Source of the DNA: Chloroflexota bacterium
GTDB lineage: Bacteria; Chloroflexota; Dehalococcoidia; Lucifugimonadales; UBA3495
Direction of reading: 5' to 3'
Length of the DNA: 64,000 nt
NCBI GenBank assembly: GCA_009840165.1
Contig: VXOG01000091.1
Coordinates: forward strand, 7,914-71,913
Positions 42,798 through 52,842 of this stretch are shown one piece after another (the stretch's first letter is position 1; each line of letters starts with the position of its first letter). A model generated the notes under the pieces. That model worked only from the letters and a program-made list of their open reading frames with translations. It was not told where the DNA came from and ran no database searches. The position numbers and the translations under genes were made by a program.

Positions 42798-44216
42798 TTA
42801 GCCGCCCATGTGGAAGACGACCATCTTGAGCTCGGTCATTTCCTCAATGGCGTAGGCGGGGCCTTCCTTGCCCATGCCGCTGTCCTTGAGGCCGCCGTAG
42901 GGCATGACGTCGGCGCGCCACTGGGGCGAGGAGTTGATGTGCAGGTTGCCGGAGTGGACCTCCTGGGCGAACTTCATGGCCCAGTCCACGTTCTGGGTGA
43001 AGATGCCGGCGGAAAGGCCAAAGCGGGTGTCGTTGGCCTTGGCGATGGCGTCGTCGATGTCATCGAACGCGCTGACCGCAACGGCGGGGCCGAACAGCTC
43101 TTCGCGGGAGATCAGCATCTCAGGGCGGGCGTCGGCGACCACGGTGGCGGTGTGCATGGTGCCTTCACGTCCGCCGCCGGCGATGACGCGAGCGCCCTGG
43201 CCCACGGCCTCGGTGATCCAGCTCTCGACGCGCTCGGCGTCGGTCTGGCGGATCATGGGGCCCATCTTGACGTCTTCGTCGAAGGGGTTGCCCACGCTGA
43301 ACTCCTGGGTGGGCTTGACCAGCGCATCCAGCAGATCGGCGTAGATGGCGCGGGCAGCGAAGACCCGCTGGGTGGAGATGCACACTTGGCCGGCGTTGGC
43401 GAAGCCGCTGGACACGGTGGCGGCGGCGACCTTCTCAATGTCGGCGTCGGACATGATGATGAGCGGGCTGTTGGAACCCAGCTCCATGGTGACCTTCTTG
43501 ATGCCGGCGTTGCGGCAGATCTGGTCGCCCACCTCCATGCTTCCGGTGAAGGTGATTTTGCGGACGTCGGGCGAGCCAGTGATGGCGTCCCCGATCTCCG
43601 CGCCGGAGCCGGTGATGGTCTGGATGGCCTCTTCGGGCAGGCCGGCTTCCAGCAGGATCTCGGTGAGCTTCAGGGCGGACAGCGGTGTGTCGCCGGCGGG
43701 CTTGAGGATGACGGCATTGCCGCCGGCCAGGGCCGGCCCGACCTTGTGGCACACCAGGTTCAGCGGGAAGTTGAAGGGGGCGATGGCCGCCACGATGCCG
43801 ACGGGCACGCGAATAGTGAACCCGAACTGGCTGACCACGCCGGGAGCGGCGTCCAGAGGCACGGTCTCGCCGTGGAGCCGCTTGGCTTCCTCGGCGGAGA
43901 GGGTGATGGTCTGGATGGCGCGCTGCACTTCGCCGCGGCCCTCCGCGATGACCTTGCCCTCCTCGCGGGTGATGGTCTCGGCCAGGTCGTCGGCCCGCTC
44001 GTCCATCAGGTCGGCGGCGCGCTTCAGGATGGTGTAGCGGCGATGGGCCGGCAGCTTGGCCATCACGGCGGCGCCCCGGGACGCGCTGGCGATGGCGGCC
44101 TCCACGTCGGCGGCAGTGCCCCGAGGCACGGTGTCAAATGCGCTCTGGTCAAAGGGATTGATGACGGGCATCTTGGCATCGCGGTCAACCCATTGGCCGC
44201 AGATATACATCTTCAT
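42798..44216 (-). CDS. NAD(P)-dependent aldehyde dehydrogenase
   Basis: 472 aa. KKVTMELGSNSPLIIMSDAD; GFANAGQVCISTQRVF. Confidence 0.9.
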   Translation of the reverse strand: MKMYICGQWVDRDAKMPVINPFDQSAFDTVPRGTAADVEAAIASASRGAAVMAKLPAHRRYTILKRAADLMDERADDLAETITREEGKVIAEGRGEVQRAIQTITLSAEEAKRLHGETVPLDAAPGVVSQFGFTIRVPVGIVAAIAPFNFPLNLVCHKVGPALAGGNAVILKPAGDTPLSALKLTEILLEAGLPEEAIQTITGSGAEIGDAITGSPDVRKITFTGSMEVGDQICRNAGIKKVTMELGSNSPLIIMSDADIEKVAAATVSSGFANAGQVCISTQRVFAARAIYADLLDALVKPTQEFSVGNPFDEDVKMGPMIRQTDAERVESWITEAVGQGARVIAGGGREGTMHTATVVADARPEMLISREELFGPAVAVSAFDDIDDAIAKANDTRFGLSAGIFTQNVDWAMKFAQEVHSGNLHINSSPQWRADVMPYGGLKDSGMGKEGPAYAIEEMTELKMVVFHMGG

Positions 44217-44335
44217 GGTGAGGTCTCCTTGTGCGGTTTCCGGAACGAACCGGAGAGGGAACGTCGCGTAACCGCGACATCATGCAACAGAAATTGTACT
44301 ACGGGATCTGAACGGTTGCGACGGCTTCGGCGATG

Positions 44336-44364
44336 TTGACCGGCAGAGGATACGTTGATACTAT
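44336..44364 (+). promoter_or_regulatory. Sigma70-like promoter TTGACC-17-TACTAT (with TG extension) upstream of phnD
   Basis: ttgacc ggcagaggatacgttga tactat. Lies 43 nt upstream of the ATG at 44407. Confidence 0.4.
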
Positions 44365-44406
44365 CGCGCCAGTTTATTCGCTTTGCGCGATACAGAAGGA
44401 AAGCCC

Positions 44407-45315
44407 ATGCCCTCATTGTCAATATCCGTTCGCTTCCTGCTGGTATCCATGGTGGCGGTTTTCGTGGCTTTGCTTGCCATGGCTTGCGCCCAGGAAGAGG
44501 CTCCGACCTTGCGCGTTGGCGGCATACCCGACCAGGACGCCGAACGCCTGGCGCGACGCTATGAAATCTTCGCCGACTATCTGTCCAAAGAGCTTGATGT
44601 TCCGGTGGAATACGTGCCCAGCGTGTCCTACTCGGCGGTGGTGACCGCGTTCACCCAGAACGACGTGCAACTGGCGTTCTTCGGCGCGCTGACCGGCGTG
44701 CAGGCCCGGTTGCAGAACCCCGGCGCACGGGCTATCGTACAGCGTGCCCACGATGCCGAGTTTCACTCCAACTACGTCGTGCGTGGAGGCGACGAGTTCG
44801 CTGACCTGAACAGCCTGGATGATCTGGTTGGCAAGACCGGCGACCTGACTATCACCTTCGGCAGTGAGAGCTCCACCTCCGGCCACCTGATGCCGCGGTA
44901 TTTCCTGGGCGAGGCCGGCATTAACGTCGCCAACGATTTCCGCACGCCACCGGGATTCTCCGGTTCTCACGACAAAACCTGGCAGCTGGTGGCGGCCGGA
45001 TCCTACGACGTGGGCGCGCTGGCCGAGGACGTGTGGGCGCGAGCGGTGACGGAGGGCGCGGCCGACCCCGCGCAGGTACGCGAGTTGGACACCACGCCGA
45101 ACTATTTCAACTACAACTGGACGGCGCGCGCTGATTTGGACGAAGTGTACGGCGACGGATTCACTGACAGAGTGCAGGCCGCCCTGCTGGCGCTCAATAC
45201 GCAAGAGCATGGCGAGATCCTGGAACTGTTCAGCACCGATCAGTTCATCGCCACGGAGAACGCAAACTACCAGGCCATTGAGAGCGTAGCGCGGGAACTC
45301 GAAATAATACAATGA
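44407..45315 (+). CDS. phnD: Phosphonate ABC transporter substrate-binding lipoprotein
   Basis: Signal and lipobox FVALLAMAC. LRVGGIPDQDAERLARRYEIFADYLSKELDVPVEYVPSVSYSAVVTAF. Confidence 0.8.
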   Translation: MPSLSISVRFLLVSMVAVFVALLAMACAQEEAPTLRVGGIPDQDAERLARRYEIFADYLSKELDVPVEYVPSVSYSAVVTAFTQNDVQLAFFGALTGVQARLQNPGARAIVQRAHDAEFHSNYVVRGGDEFADLNSLDDLVGKTGDLTITFGSESSTSGHLMPRYFLGEAGINVANDFRTPPGFSGSHDKTWQLVAAGSYDVGALAEDVWARAVTEGAADPAQVRELDTTPNYFNYNWTARADLDEVYGDGFTDRVQAALLALNTQEHGEILELFSTDQFIATENANYQAIESVARELEIIQ

Positions 45316-46169
45316 GCGGAGTCCGCCCAGTGCGGACTGGCGAGCAGGTTGCTACGTCCGAGCCGCTTATCACTATAAAAAGTGCGGCAAAGGTTTATGG
45401 AACAAACCTCGGCCTTGCGCCGCTGAGCCTTGCCATCCATGCCGGCGAACGGGTGGCGCTGGTTGGCCCTTCCGGAAGCGGAAAGACCACGCTGCTGCGC
45501 CTGTTGGCCGGCGCCATGGTGCCCGATGAAGGTCCGCACACCGTATCGATTAACGGCAAGTCTCCCGCCGGTCTGAAACCCGGCAATGAACTGGCCTCGC
45601 TGGTGGGCATCGTGAGCCAGCGGTTTGATTTGGTGCCTCATCTGCCGGTGCTGCACAACGTGCTGGCGGGCCGGCTGGGACACTGGAGCCTGGCCCGCTC
45701 GATACTCTCGCTGGTCTGGCCCATGGAACGCCGCGCAGCGCAGCAGGCGTTGGCGCGTGTCGGAATCGCCGACAAAATCAACGAGCGGCCGGGACATCTT
45801 TCCGGCGGCGAGCAGCAGCGCGTGGCCATCGCCCGCATGATGATGCAGTCGCCGCTGGTAATCCTGGCCGACGAGCCGGTGGCGTCGCTGGATCCGGCGC
45901 GGGCCGAAGAAGTGATGGAACTGCTGGTGGGCCTCGTCTCAGGGAACAGCGACGGCGGGGACAGTCAGCGCGCCCTAGTCGCCAGCCTGCACACGGCGTC
46001 GCTCATCCGGCGGCATTTCACGCGGGTGATCGGCCTGCGGGAGAGCAGAGTACAGTTTGACTTGCCGGCAAGCGAGCTCGATGACGCCGTGCTGGATGAA
46101 TTGTACGACCTGGGGGATGACGCCGTTGCCATGGAACCGCTGGCCGGGTTGGCGGCGCGGGACGGGTAG
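45312..46169 (+). CDS. phnC: Phosphonate ABC transporter ATP-binding protein
   Basis: GPSGSGKTTLLR (Walker A), LSGGEQQRVAIAR, ILADEP. ATGA overlap with phnD. Confidence 0.85.
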   Translation: MSGVRPVRTGEQVATSEPLITIKSAAKVYGTNLGLAPLSLAIHAGERVALVGPSGSGKTTLLRLLAGAMVPDEGPHTVSINGKSPAGLKPGNELASLVGIVSQRFDLVPHLPVLHNVLAGRLGHWSLARSILSLVWPMERRAAQQALARVGIADKINERPGHLSGGEQQRVAIARMMMQSPLVILADEPVASLDPARAEEVMELLVGLVSGNSDGGDSQRALVASLHTASLIRRHFTRVIGLRESRVQFDLPASELDDAVLDELYDLGDDAVAMEPLAGLAARDG

Positions 46170-46186
46170 TCTTTAGTCATCGCACC

Positions 46187-46999
46187 ATGTTTCGTCAGCG
46201 GCTGCAAACCTGGCTCACCGGCCCGCGCCTGCTGACGCTGGGCATCGTATTCGCGCTGGCCTGGAGCCTGTCGCGGGTGGACTGGCAGCAACCCATCGGC
46301 CACACCGGAGGCGGCGCGGCGGCGCTGAAGGTGTTGCTGGCGCTGTTCCCGCCGGAATTGTCGCCGGAATTTCTGAGCATCTGCCTCGTCGCGAGCTGGC
46401 ACACGGTGGCCTATGCGGTAGCCGGGATGTCCGTGGCGGTGGCGCTGGGTCTGCCCCTTGGAGTGCTGGCGTCAGGGGTGATGACAGCCCCGATGGAAGG
46501 GGCAAACCCGCGGCGGTGGACGCTGATGGCGTCGGTTCGGTTCCTGCTGGCGGCGATGCGCTCGGTACACGAACTGGTGTGGGCGCTGCTGTTCGTAGCC
46601 GCCGTCGGGCTGTCGCCCATGGCCGCGATATTGGCCATGGCCATACCCTACGCCGGAATCCTGGGCCGCATCTACTCGGAGCAATTGCAGGACGTTCCGC
46701 CGGAGCCGGTGGCCGCGCTGCGCGCCACTGGCGCGTCGCCGGCGCGAATCCTGCTCTACGGTTACCTCCCCATGGCGCTGCCCGACCTGTTGAGTTACAC
46801 CTTCTATCGGCTGGAATGTGGCATACGTGCCGCCGCCATCATGAGCTTCGTCGGCATCGACGGCATCGGATTTCAGATTGAGCTGTCGTTGGCCGACCTG
46901 CTGTTCCGGCAGGTGTGGACGCTGCTGATCTTCCTGGTGGCCCTGGTGGTGCTGGTTGACTGGTGGAGCAGCCGCGTGCGTCGGAGCATGGCGTACTGA
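46187..46999 (+). CDS. phnE: Phosphonate ABC transporter permease
   Basis: 270 aa, polytopic. ...AIPYAGILGRIYSEQLQDV...ALRATGAS is the PhnE pattern. Confidence 0.8.
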   Translation: MFRQRLQTWLTGPRLLTLGIVFALAWSLSRVDWQQPIGHTGGGAAALKVLLALFPPELSPEFLSICLVASWHTVAYAVAGMSVAVALGLPLGVLASGVMTAPMEGANPRRWTLMASVRFLLAAMRSVHELVWALLFVAAVGLSPMAAILAMAIPYAGILGRIYSEQLQDVPPEPVAALRATGASPARILLYGYLPMALPDLLSYTFYRLECGIRAAAIMSFVGIDGIGFQIELSLADLLFRQVWTLLIFLVALVVLVDWWSSRVRRSMAY

Positions 47000-47883
47000 T
47001 GGAACGAATCGGGGGCGAACATACGCGGCCGGCGAGAGGCTTCGCAGCGCGTGTCAACGTGCTGCGCTGGTCAGCTTACGCCATGGCGTTGCTCATCGCG
47101 GCCTCCTGGGCGTTCATACTGATGGACGGCAACAGCGGATTCGGCGACCTGTTCCGGGAACGCACCTGGCAGAATGCCGGCCGGTTCGTCGCCAGTCTGG
47201 CCGGAACGGGATCCGAAGACCCGTCGCCTTTCGCGCAGGCGACGCGATGGCGTGAAACCGGTCAGCTGGCGCTGAACACGCTGGCGATGTCGGTGCTGGC
47301 CATGGGCATCGCCGGCTCGGGCGCGCTGGTTCTGCTAATGCCGGGGGCGCGCAACGTCAGCGATGGCACGCTGGGTGGCGCGCCGTCGCGAACGGGCGCG
47401 GTGACGTACGCGGCGGTGCGGGTTTTCTACACTTTGACACGGGCCGTCCCGGAGCTGGTGTGGGCGATGCTGATTGTGTTCTTCCTGTCTCCGGGCATCA
47501 TCCCGGGGGCGTTGGCGTTGGGCATCCACAACCTGGGCATCGTGGGCCGGCTGACCTCGGAGGTGGTGGAGAACCTGGACCCGGCGCCGGCGCGGGCGCT
47601 GCGGGCGGCGGGCGCGTCCAGCCCCAAGGTACTGCTGTACGGCGTGTTCCCTCAGGCGCTGCCCCTGTTCCTGACCTTCCTGATGTACCGCTGGGAAGTG
47701 GTGATCCGCACCACCGTAGTGGTGGGATTCCTCAATGCCGGCGGCCTGGGCCGGGAGTTCCGGCTGCGCATGTCGTGGTTCCACTACGACGATGTCGCTC
47801 TGCTGCTGGTGTGGTACCTGCTGCTGGTGATCGCGGTGGACATCCTGAGCGCGCAGCTACGACGGCGGGTGCGCTGGGATTAG
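46999..47883 (+). CDS. phnE: Phosphonate ABC transporter permease (second copy)
   Basis: 294 aa. LGIHNLGIVGRLTSEVVENLDPAPARALRAAGAS. Its start overlaps the previous stop (TGATG). Confidence 0.8.
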   Translation: MERIGGEHTRPARGFAARVNVLRWSAYAMALLIAASWAFILMDGNSGFGDLFRERTWQNAGRFVASLAGTGSEDPSPFAQATRWRETGQLALNTLAMSVLAMGIAGSGALVLLMPGARNVSDGTLGGAPSRTGAVTYAAVRVFYTLTRAVPELVWAMLIVFFLSPGIIPGALALGIHNLGIVGRLTSEVVENLDPAPARALRAAGASSPKVLLYGVFPQALPLFLTFLMYRWEVVIRTTVVVGFLNAGGLGREFRLRMSWFHYDDVALLLVWYLLLVIAVDILSAQLRRRVRWD

Positions 47884-47887
47884 CTCG

Positions 47888-47923
47888 CCCCTCACCCCAT
47901 CCCTCTCCCACAAGGGGATAGGG
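47888..47923. repeat. Family E repeat (inverted copy), probable bidirectional terminator between convergent genes
   Basis: cccctcaccccatccctctcccacaaggggataggg followed by agtttt. Its reverse complement matches the 1591-1623 element. Confidence 0.75.
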
Positions 47924-47932
47924 AGTTTTGGA

Positions 47933-49495
47933 CTACGGGCCGTGCTCATAAACCTCCGTGTCCGGGTGGTACTGGAACCAGCCGAACCAGAATGACGTGA
48001 TGCTGGGAATGCGCGGCAACTGTTGGGAAGGGTCGGCGGCGGGGACCAAGCCTTGCTCGGTGACCATCCATCGCGCTCCGGTATCGTCCACCAACGCGGC
48101 CGGCGCGAGTTCGGGATCATCGTTTCCCGCCGGCGCGAAGGTCAGATCGTCGCGCTCGTAGATGCGGCCGGCCCTCGATTCGGGCGACGCCACCACCACC
48201 ACGTTCAGCCCGCCCACGGTGTCGTTAACTAGCCGGGCATCCTGCAAGTCCTGCACCGCGTAGGCTTTTGCCGATTCGTCAATTGACAGGCCGACGACCA
48301 CGGTTTTCGGCTCGAAGGTATCGTCTCGGAGCCATACCGGGAACATCACCTCATCAGCGGTGAAGTAGTTGTAGTAGATGGCCAGGGGGTTGTCCTCGGG
48401 CACGTAGAACTCGGCGGGATAGACGCCGGTGTCCTGGGCCAGCACCGTGGTGTCAGGATGATCATCCCACCATTCGCCCCAGGTGGTAACCACCGAGGGG
48501 AAGAAGGGCTGCCGGATGCCCGAACCGGCCAACGGGCCGATGACCGGCTCTCCGATGAACTGGTTCCACAGGGAGCGAGTGGCTCGGTCGTACATCACCT
48601 TGTTGCTGCGGTAGAGCAGGCCGGAAGTGCCGAAGGTGGTGGGTTCGCCGTTGACAATGCCGGAATACACGATTCCGGTGCCGCAGAGGGTTCAATACAC
48701 CAGCGAGATGGGTTCGCCGCCCAGGGTGTCGTTGGCCAGCTCGTGGGCATTCATCACGCGCAAGGGGTAGGCGCGATGCTCGCCGTTGATGGATACGCCA
48801 AACACCCGATCACCGGGCCACAGATAAGTGGCCTGCTCGGGCAGCACGTGGGGCGGATGCTCCAGCGGCGGGATGCCATCCACGCGGACGCCGCCCCAGA
48901 CGACCTCGGTGAGATTGACGCGGGAACGCTCGATGCCGGGTTCCAGCAGGGCGGCCATGTCGGGGTCGATTATCGCCAGCCCATTCACTTTCCAACGCCC
49001 GTAGTCGGACGGCGGGGCGTATTCCTCTTCCCGCGCGCCAACGAACTCGCGCCAGCGGCGGCGGTCGAAATCGAAGTCCTGTCCGGTCAGTTCGGTAAGG
49101 GTATCCAGGCCGGCGCGGGCAACGTCAAGGTTGAAGAACTTGAGGGCCTCCAGGATGACGTAAGCCTGGGACTTGTCGTTGTGGAATACGGTGTCTTCCA
49201 GCGCGGCCAGGGAATCGCCGGGATCGTGTCCGAGACCGTCCCAGATACCGTACATGGTGCGGTTGGGGTCGTAGGGTTGCTGGGAGTAGGGAGTGGCCGG
49301 CGCTTGAATGGCGAGCGTTGCGGTAGCGCCGGATTCGGCCGTGGGCGGCGCGTCTGTGGCCGGCGGCGGCTCGGTCAACGCTAGCGATGGTTCATCACTG
49401 CGGGCCGGCTGACCGCACGCCGTGATGAATGCAGCAACCGTAAGGGCGACGACCAACATACCACCCCAACGGGAAATTATCGGCGACAGCGACAT
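47933..49495 (-). CDS. DUF3179 domain lipoprotein interrupted by one in-frame TGA (candidate selenoprotein, or pseudogene)
   Basis: ORFs 48692..49495 and 47933..48670 share a frame and together form one DUF3179-like sequence: ...DGIPPLEHP...FGVSINGEHRAYPLRVMNAHELANDTLGGEPISLVY-TGA-TLCGTGIVYSG...FGTSGLLYRSNKVMYDRATRSLWNQ...SFWFGWFQYHPDTEVY. Signal and lipobox AAFITAC. Confidence 0.7.
48660..48694 (-). other. In-frame UGA (48692-48694) and downstream 7-bp hairpin (48660-48678), candidate SECIS
   Basis: mRNA: UGA ACC CUC UGC GGC A CCGGAAU-CGUGU-AUUCCGG. The hairpin starts 13 nt after the UGA. Confidence 0.4.
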
Positions 49496-49566
49496 CCGTA
49501 CCTCCCAGACTGGCCGAAACTAACTCTATGCCGGTGCATAGATTACGTTTGGCCGGCCGGAGAGGA

Positions 49567-50337
49567 TTAATCGAACTGGTAGGGGTAGATCACCTGGACG
49601 ACGCGGCCGTCGCGGAGGGCCTCGAAGTAGCTGTGCGCGACGCCGGGCTGCTGGAGCCAACGCCGGACAAAGTAAGCGCAGAGGTTGACCAACTGGGCGC
49701 CCACGCAGGTTTTCGATGGCGCGACGATGAGATCGTCGTACATGGATGGCGATACGGTGTCCGATTCTTCGCCCAGGAACTCGGTCAACGCCGCGGAGAT
49801 GGACGGCGATTCGGAGCCGGCCATCAGCATCGCATAGTCGCGGACGTCCCAGACCGACTGCATGATGTCGTCGGGGTTCATCTGCGCCATCACGTTCTCG
49901 TCCAGGAACATGGTGAGCGCCAGGAGAAACCGGCTGAAGGCGAGGCGGGACGGGTCGGTATCTCCGTAGAGGGAGTTGCCATCGGTGGACGTGGCAGCGA
50001 CGTAGTCGCCCTTGTTGATGTAAGAAACAATCAGCGGGGTTTCCCGGCGGATGAGGATGTTCAGACAGTCCTGAATCAGCTCAGCGCGCTGTGCCGGCCG
50101 CCAGGCGCGGAACGGGCCGGTGCCTTGATAGACGTGCCGGGGGTTGATCTCGGCGGGAACGCCGTCCGAACCGGGAGGGCTGCCGAAATGCCGGCGCACC
50201 AGAGCGTCGTACTCCCCGCACATTGATATGTACTGATTTTCCTGAACCAGGAGGCCGGCGTGGATATGGTGCGGTTGGTTGGGGTCGTTGGCGCTGGCGC
50301 CGGTGAGTCCGGACTCGCTGAGAAAAACCATATACAT
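49567..50337 (-). CDS. DUF3800-like protein
   Basis: 256 aa. The N-terminal MYMVFLSESG matches the characteristic (Y/F)xDESG start of DUF3800 proteins. Confidence 0.5.
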   Translation of the reverse strand: MYMVFLSESGLTGASANDPNQPHHIHAGLLVQENQYISMCGEYDALVRRHFGSPPGSDGVPAEINPRHVYQGTGPFRAWRPAQRAELIQDCLNILIRRETPLIVSYINKGDYVAATSTDGNSLYGDTDPSRLAFSRFLLALTMFLDENVMAQMNPDDIMQSVWDVRDYAMLMAGSESPSISAALTEFLGEESDTVSPSMYDDLIVAPSKTCVGAQLVNLCAYFVRRWLQQPGVAHSYFEALRDGRVVQVIYPYQFD

Positions 50338-50369
50338 ATTGGGCCTCCTGGGGCCGTCGCAGGATAATG

Positions 50370-50396
50370 GTAGGGGCGGGTTTGAAACCCGCCCCC
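50370..50396. repeat. Family C palindromic repeat
   Basis: gtaggggcgggtttgaaacccgccccc, 21 nt downstream of the rplY stop. Confidence 0.85.
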
Positions 50397-50416
50397 GGCC
50401 GGTCAGTAGCCGGGCG

Positions 50417-50725
50417 TCAGGACGAGACAGTGCGAAAGTCCACGTGCAGCACGTCTCCGTTGCGAGGGTCCCACTGGATTTCCGACGCCTCGGCGGTGTA
50501 CGCGCCGGATTCGCCGGCGACGCTGACGTTCAGGGGCTGGCCGTATTCTCCGCCGGCCTGGCTGATGGCGCGCAGCAGCGTCCTAACCTCGCATTGCAGC
50601 GAGCGAGATTCAACGTCTCGTCCGTAGAGATGGACGGGCACGATGCCGGCGCGACGCAGGGCTTTCACCTTTTTGCCCAACGTCTCGCGGGGTTCAAGTT
50701 CGAGGGAAACCGCCTGGGTGGTCAT
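50417..50725 (-). CDS. rplY: 50S ribosomal protein L25 (short form)
   Basis: 102 aa from MTTQAVSLELEPRETLGKKVKALRRAGIVPVHLYGRDVESRSLQCE (ggag RBS). Confidence 0.75.
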   Translation of the reverse strand: MTTQAVSLELEPRETLGKKVKALRRAGIVPVHLYGRDVESRSLQCEVRTLLRAISQAGGEYGQPLNVSVAGESGAYTAEASEIQWDPRNGDVLHVDFRTVSS

Positions 50726-50885
50726 TGTGTGGGGAACTCCTGGATACGAATCGCTTGACGGGCCAGCATGGCTCACATTACGGGCGCATATCATAGCACA
50801 TGCCGGGTTGGCAGGACGATGACAAAGGCCGGCGTAGATGTCCGGCCAGCACGCCGGAAATCGTTCCGGCACTGCGACATTGATG

Positions 50886-50915
50886 TTGACTGATAAAGAA
50901 GATTTACAATATAGT
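50886..50915 (+). promoter_or_regulatory. Sigma70-like promoter TTGACT-18-TATAGT
   Basis: ttgact gataaagaagatttacaa tatagt, in an AT-rich divergent intergenic region 115 nt upstream of the SBP start at 51030. Confidence 0.5.
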
Positions 50916-51029
50916 ACCGGCGGATACTGCTTATTTCATAAGAGAATGCGATGGAATTATGCTAATCAGGGGCGATTACATCGTATTACCGTAAAAACCG
51001 GGAATGCCCAGTCAGGAAGTGAGGGAGAT

Positions 51030-52775
51030 ATGCTAAATCTCGGAACATTGCCAGGCCGCAGCGTCATACTTTGCACGTTGCTCGCCCTTGCTCTGGCCCT
51101 TGTCATAGGGTGCGCCGGATCCAGCCCCGCCGAGCCTGCTGCGCCGGCAGCCCCGGCCGCCACCTCCGCACCCGCCGCGCAGGATGCCGCCCCCACGGCT
51201 GTGCCTGCCTCGGCGGCATCGGCTCCAGCCGCTCCGTCAGAAGTCACGGGAATGGTCACGATGATGGTGGCAGACTGGGGCACCCAGTCTTTTGAACCCC
51301 GGGACGCCTCCGGTCAGATCATGACGCAGCACCGGATGTTGCACGGATGGCTGATTGCGGGCAACGAGAAGACGGAAATGATCCCGGGTATTGCCGAAAG
51401 CTGGGAACTGTCTGATGACGGCCTCCAGTGGACCTGGACCATCCGTGACGGGGTGAAATTCCACAACGGCGACGACCTGACCATTGACGACATTCAATTC
51501 ACTCTAGATCGGCACCACGGCCCCGAGGCGGCGGACAATGCCATTCATAGCATTTTCATCCAGCAGTCCAAACGAACGGTGAGTCAGGAAATCACCGGCC
51601 CCAACACCATCGTGGTTACCCAAACCGAACCCAACGCCACCTACCCCTTCCTGATGTCGCAACTCCATTCATCCGACTCACACGGCGCGGTTCTGCCGAA
51701 GAACTACTGGGAATCGGTGGGAGGCAAGGAAGGCTGGGAAAACGCGCCGGTGGCCGCCGGCCCCTTCATGCTGGTGGACTACAAGCCCTCCGAGCAGATG
51801 CTCTGGGAGCGTTTCGACGACTATTACTTCACTCCCGACAACGGCTTCCACGAAGATCGCAGGATGAAGTTCAAGACTATGGACGCGCGTCTGGTGACCG
51901 AAGAGTCCACCAGGGTGTCGGCGATTCGCGCCGGTCAAGCGGACATGGCTGAAGCCAGCCTGAACGCCCGAAGCCAGGTGGAGGCCGGGGGCGGTCGCCT
52001 GGTCTTCATCCCCGAAGCCTCCTACTCCCAGGTCCGGCCCATGGGATGCTGGAAGGAGGAACTGCCCTGTAGCGACAAGCGGGTGCGTTACGCCCTGGAC
52101 TACGCTGTGGACAAGGAACTGATCCGGGACCGGTTATACGGCGGCACGGACGTCGCCCAAGTAGGGGGATTCGAGGCTGCCACTCCCAACGCTTTGGGCT
52201 ACAGCCCCGAACTCGATTCCTTGCCCTTCGACCCGGAACAAGCCAGGCAACTTCTGGCTGATGCCGGTTACCCCGGCGGTGAAGGTTTCCCTGCCTTCAA
52301 GATACATACCTGGAACGGCGGAGACGTGCCACTGCAACCCGAGCAGGCTGAGTTGATCGCCGAGATGTGGAAGGACAATCTTGGGTTGGAAGTAACGGTA
52401 GTTGTTGGTGACCCCACCGCCGTGCGGCAACAGGCCAGGGACCGCCAATTGGACGGCGATGTCTATTTCCGCAGCAACGAGGCCAGGTTCGACGGGGGGA
52501 GTCTGATGCGCAGTGCCACCGACCCGGAGAACCCCAACCGGCTGATGGAAGAGCCCGAGTTGTTCGCCATCGTCAACGAAGCCCTGGCGGAGCTGGACCC
52601 GGCCAGGCGGCACGACGCCTACAACCGCGCCTACCGGGCCATTTGGGAGGAGCACTACTACTGGAGCCCCATATACGTAAACCTGCCGTGGGCGGTCAGC
52701 GACCGCATCGCTACCTGGGAACCGTGGCCATTGGGCCCCTACGCCAGCGCGCTTTGGACGGTGACGCTGAAGTAG
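51030..52775 (+). CDS. ABC transporter substrate-binding lipoprotein, family 5 (DppA/OppA-like)
   Basis: 581 aa. Lipobox LVIGCAG, a Pro/Ala-rich tether, then the family-5 SBP pattern (WTIRDGVKFHNGDDLT...). Confidence 0.85.
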   Translation: MLNLGTLPGRSVILCTLLALALALVIGCAGSSPAEPAAPAAPAATSAPAAQDAAPTAVPASAASAPAAPSEVTGMVTMMVADWGTQSFEPRDASGQIMTQHRMLHGWLIAGNEKTEMIPGIAESWELSDDGLQWTWTIRDGVKFHNGDDLTIDDIQFTLDRHHGPEAADNAIHSIFIQQSKRTVSQEITGPNTIVVTQTEPNATYPFLMSQLHSSDSHGAVLPKNYWESVGGKEGWENAPVAAGPFMLVDYKPSEQMLWERFDDYYFTPDNGFHEDRRMKFKTMDARLVTEESTRVSAIRAGQADMAEASLNARSQVEAGGGRLVFIPEASYSQVRPMGCWKEELPCSDKRVRYALDYAVDKELIRDRLYGGTDVAQVGGFEAATPNALGYSPELDSLPFDPEQARQLLADAGYPGGEGFPAFKIHTWNGGDVPLQPEQAELIAEMWKDNLGLEVTVVVGDPTAVRQQARDRQLDGDVYFRSNEARFDGGSLMRSATDPENPNRLMEEPELFAIVNEALAELDPARRHDAYNRAYRAIWEEHYYWSPIYVNLPWAVSDRIATWEPWPLGPYASALWTVTLK

Positions 52776-52842
52776 CCAGTGGTTCCAGCAACCCACGCCG
52801 CCGCCGCACTGCTGGTTGATGGTTTTGCGGCGGCCCACGCGC

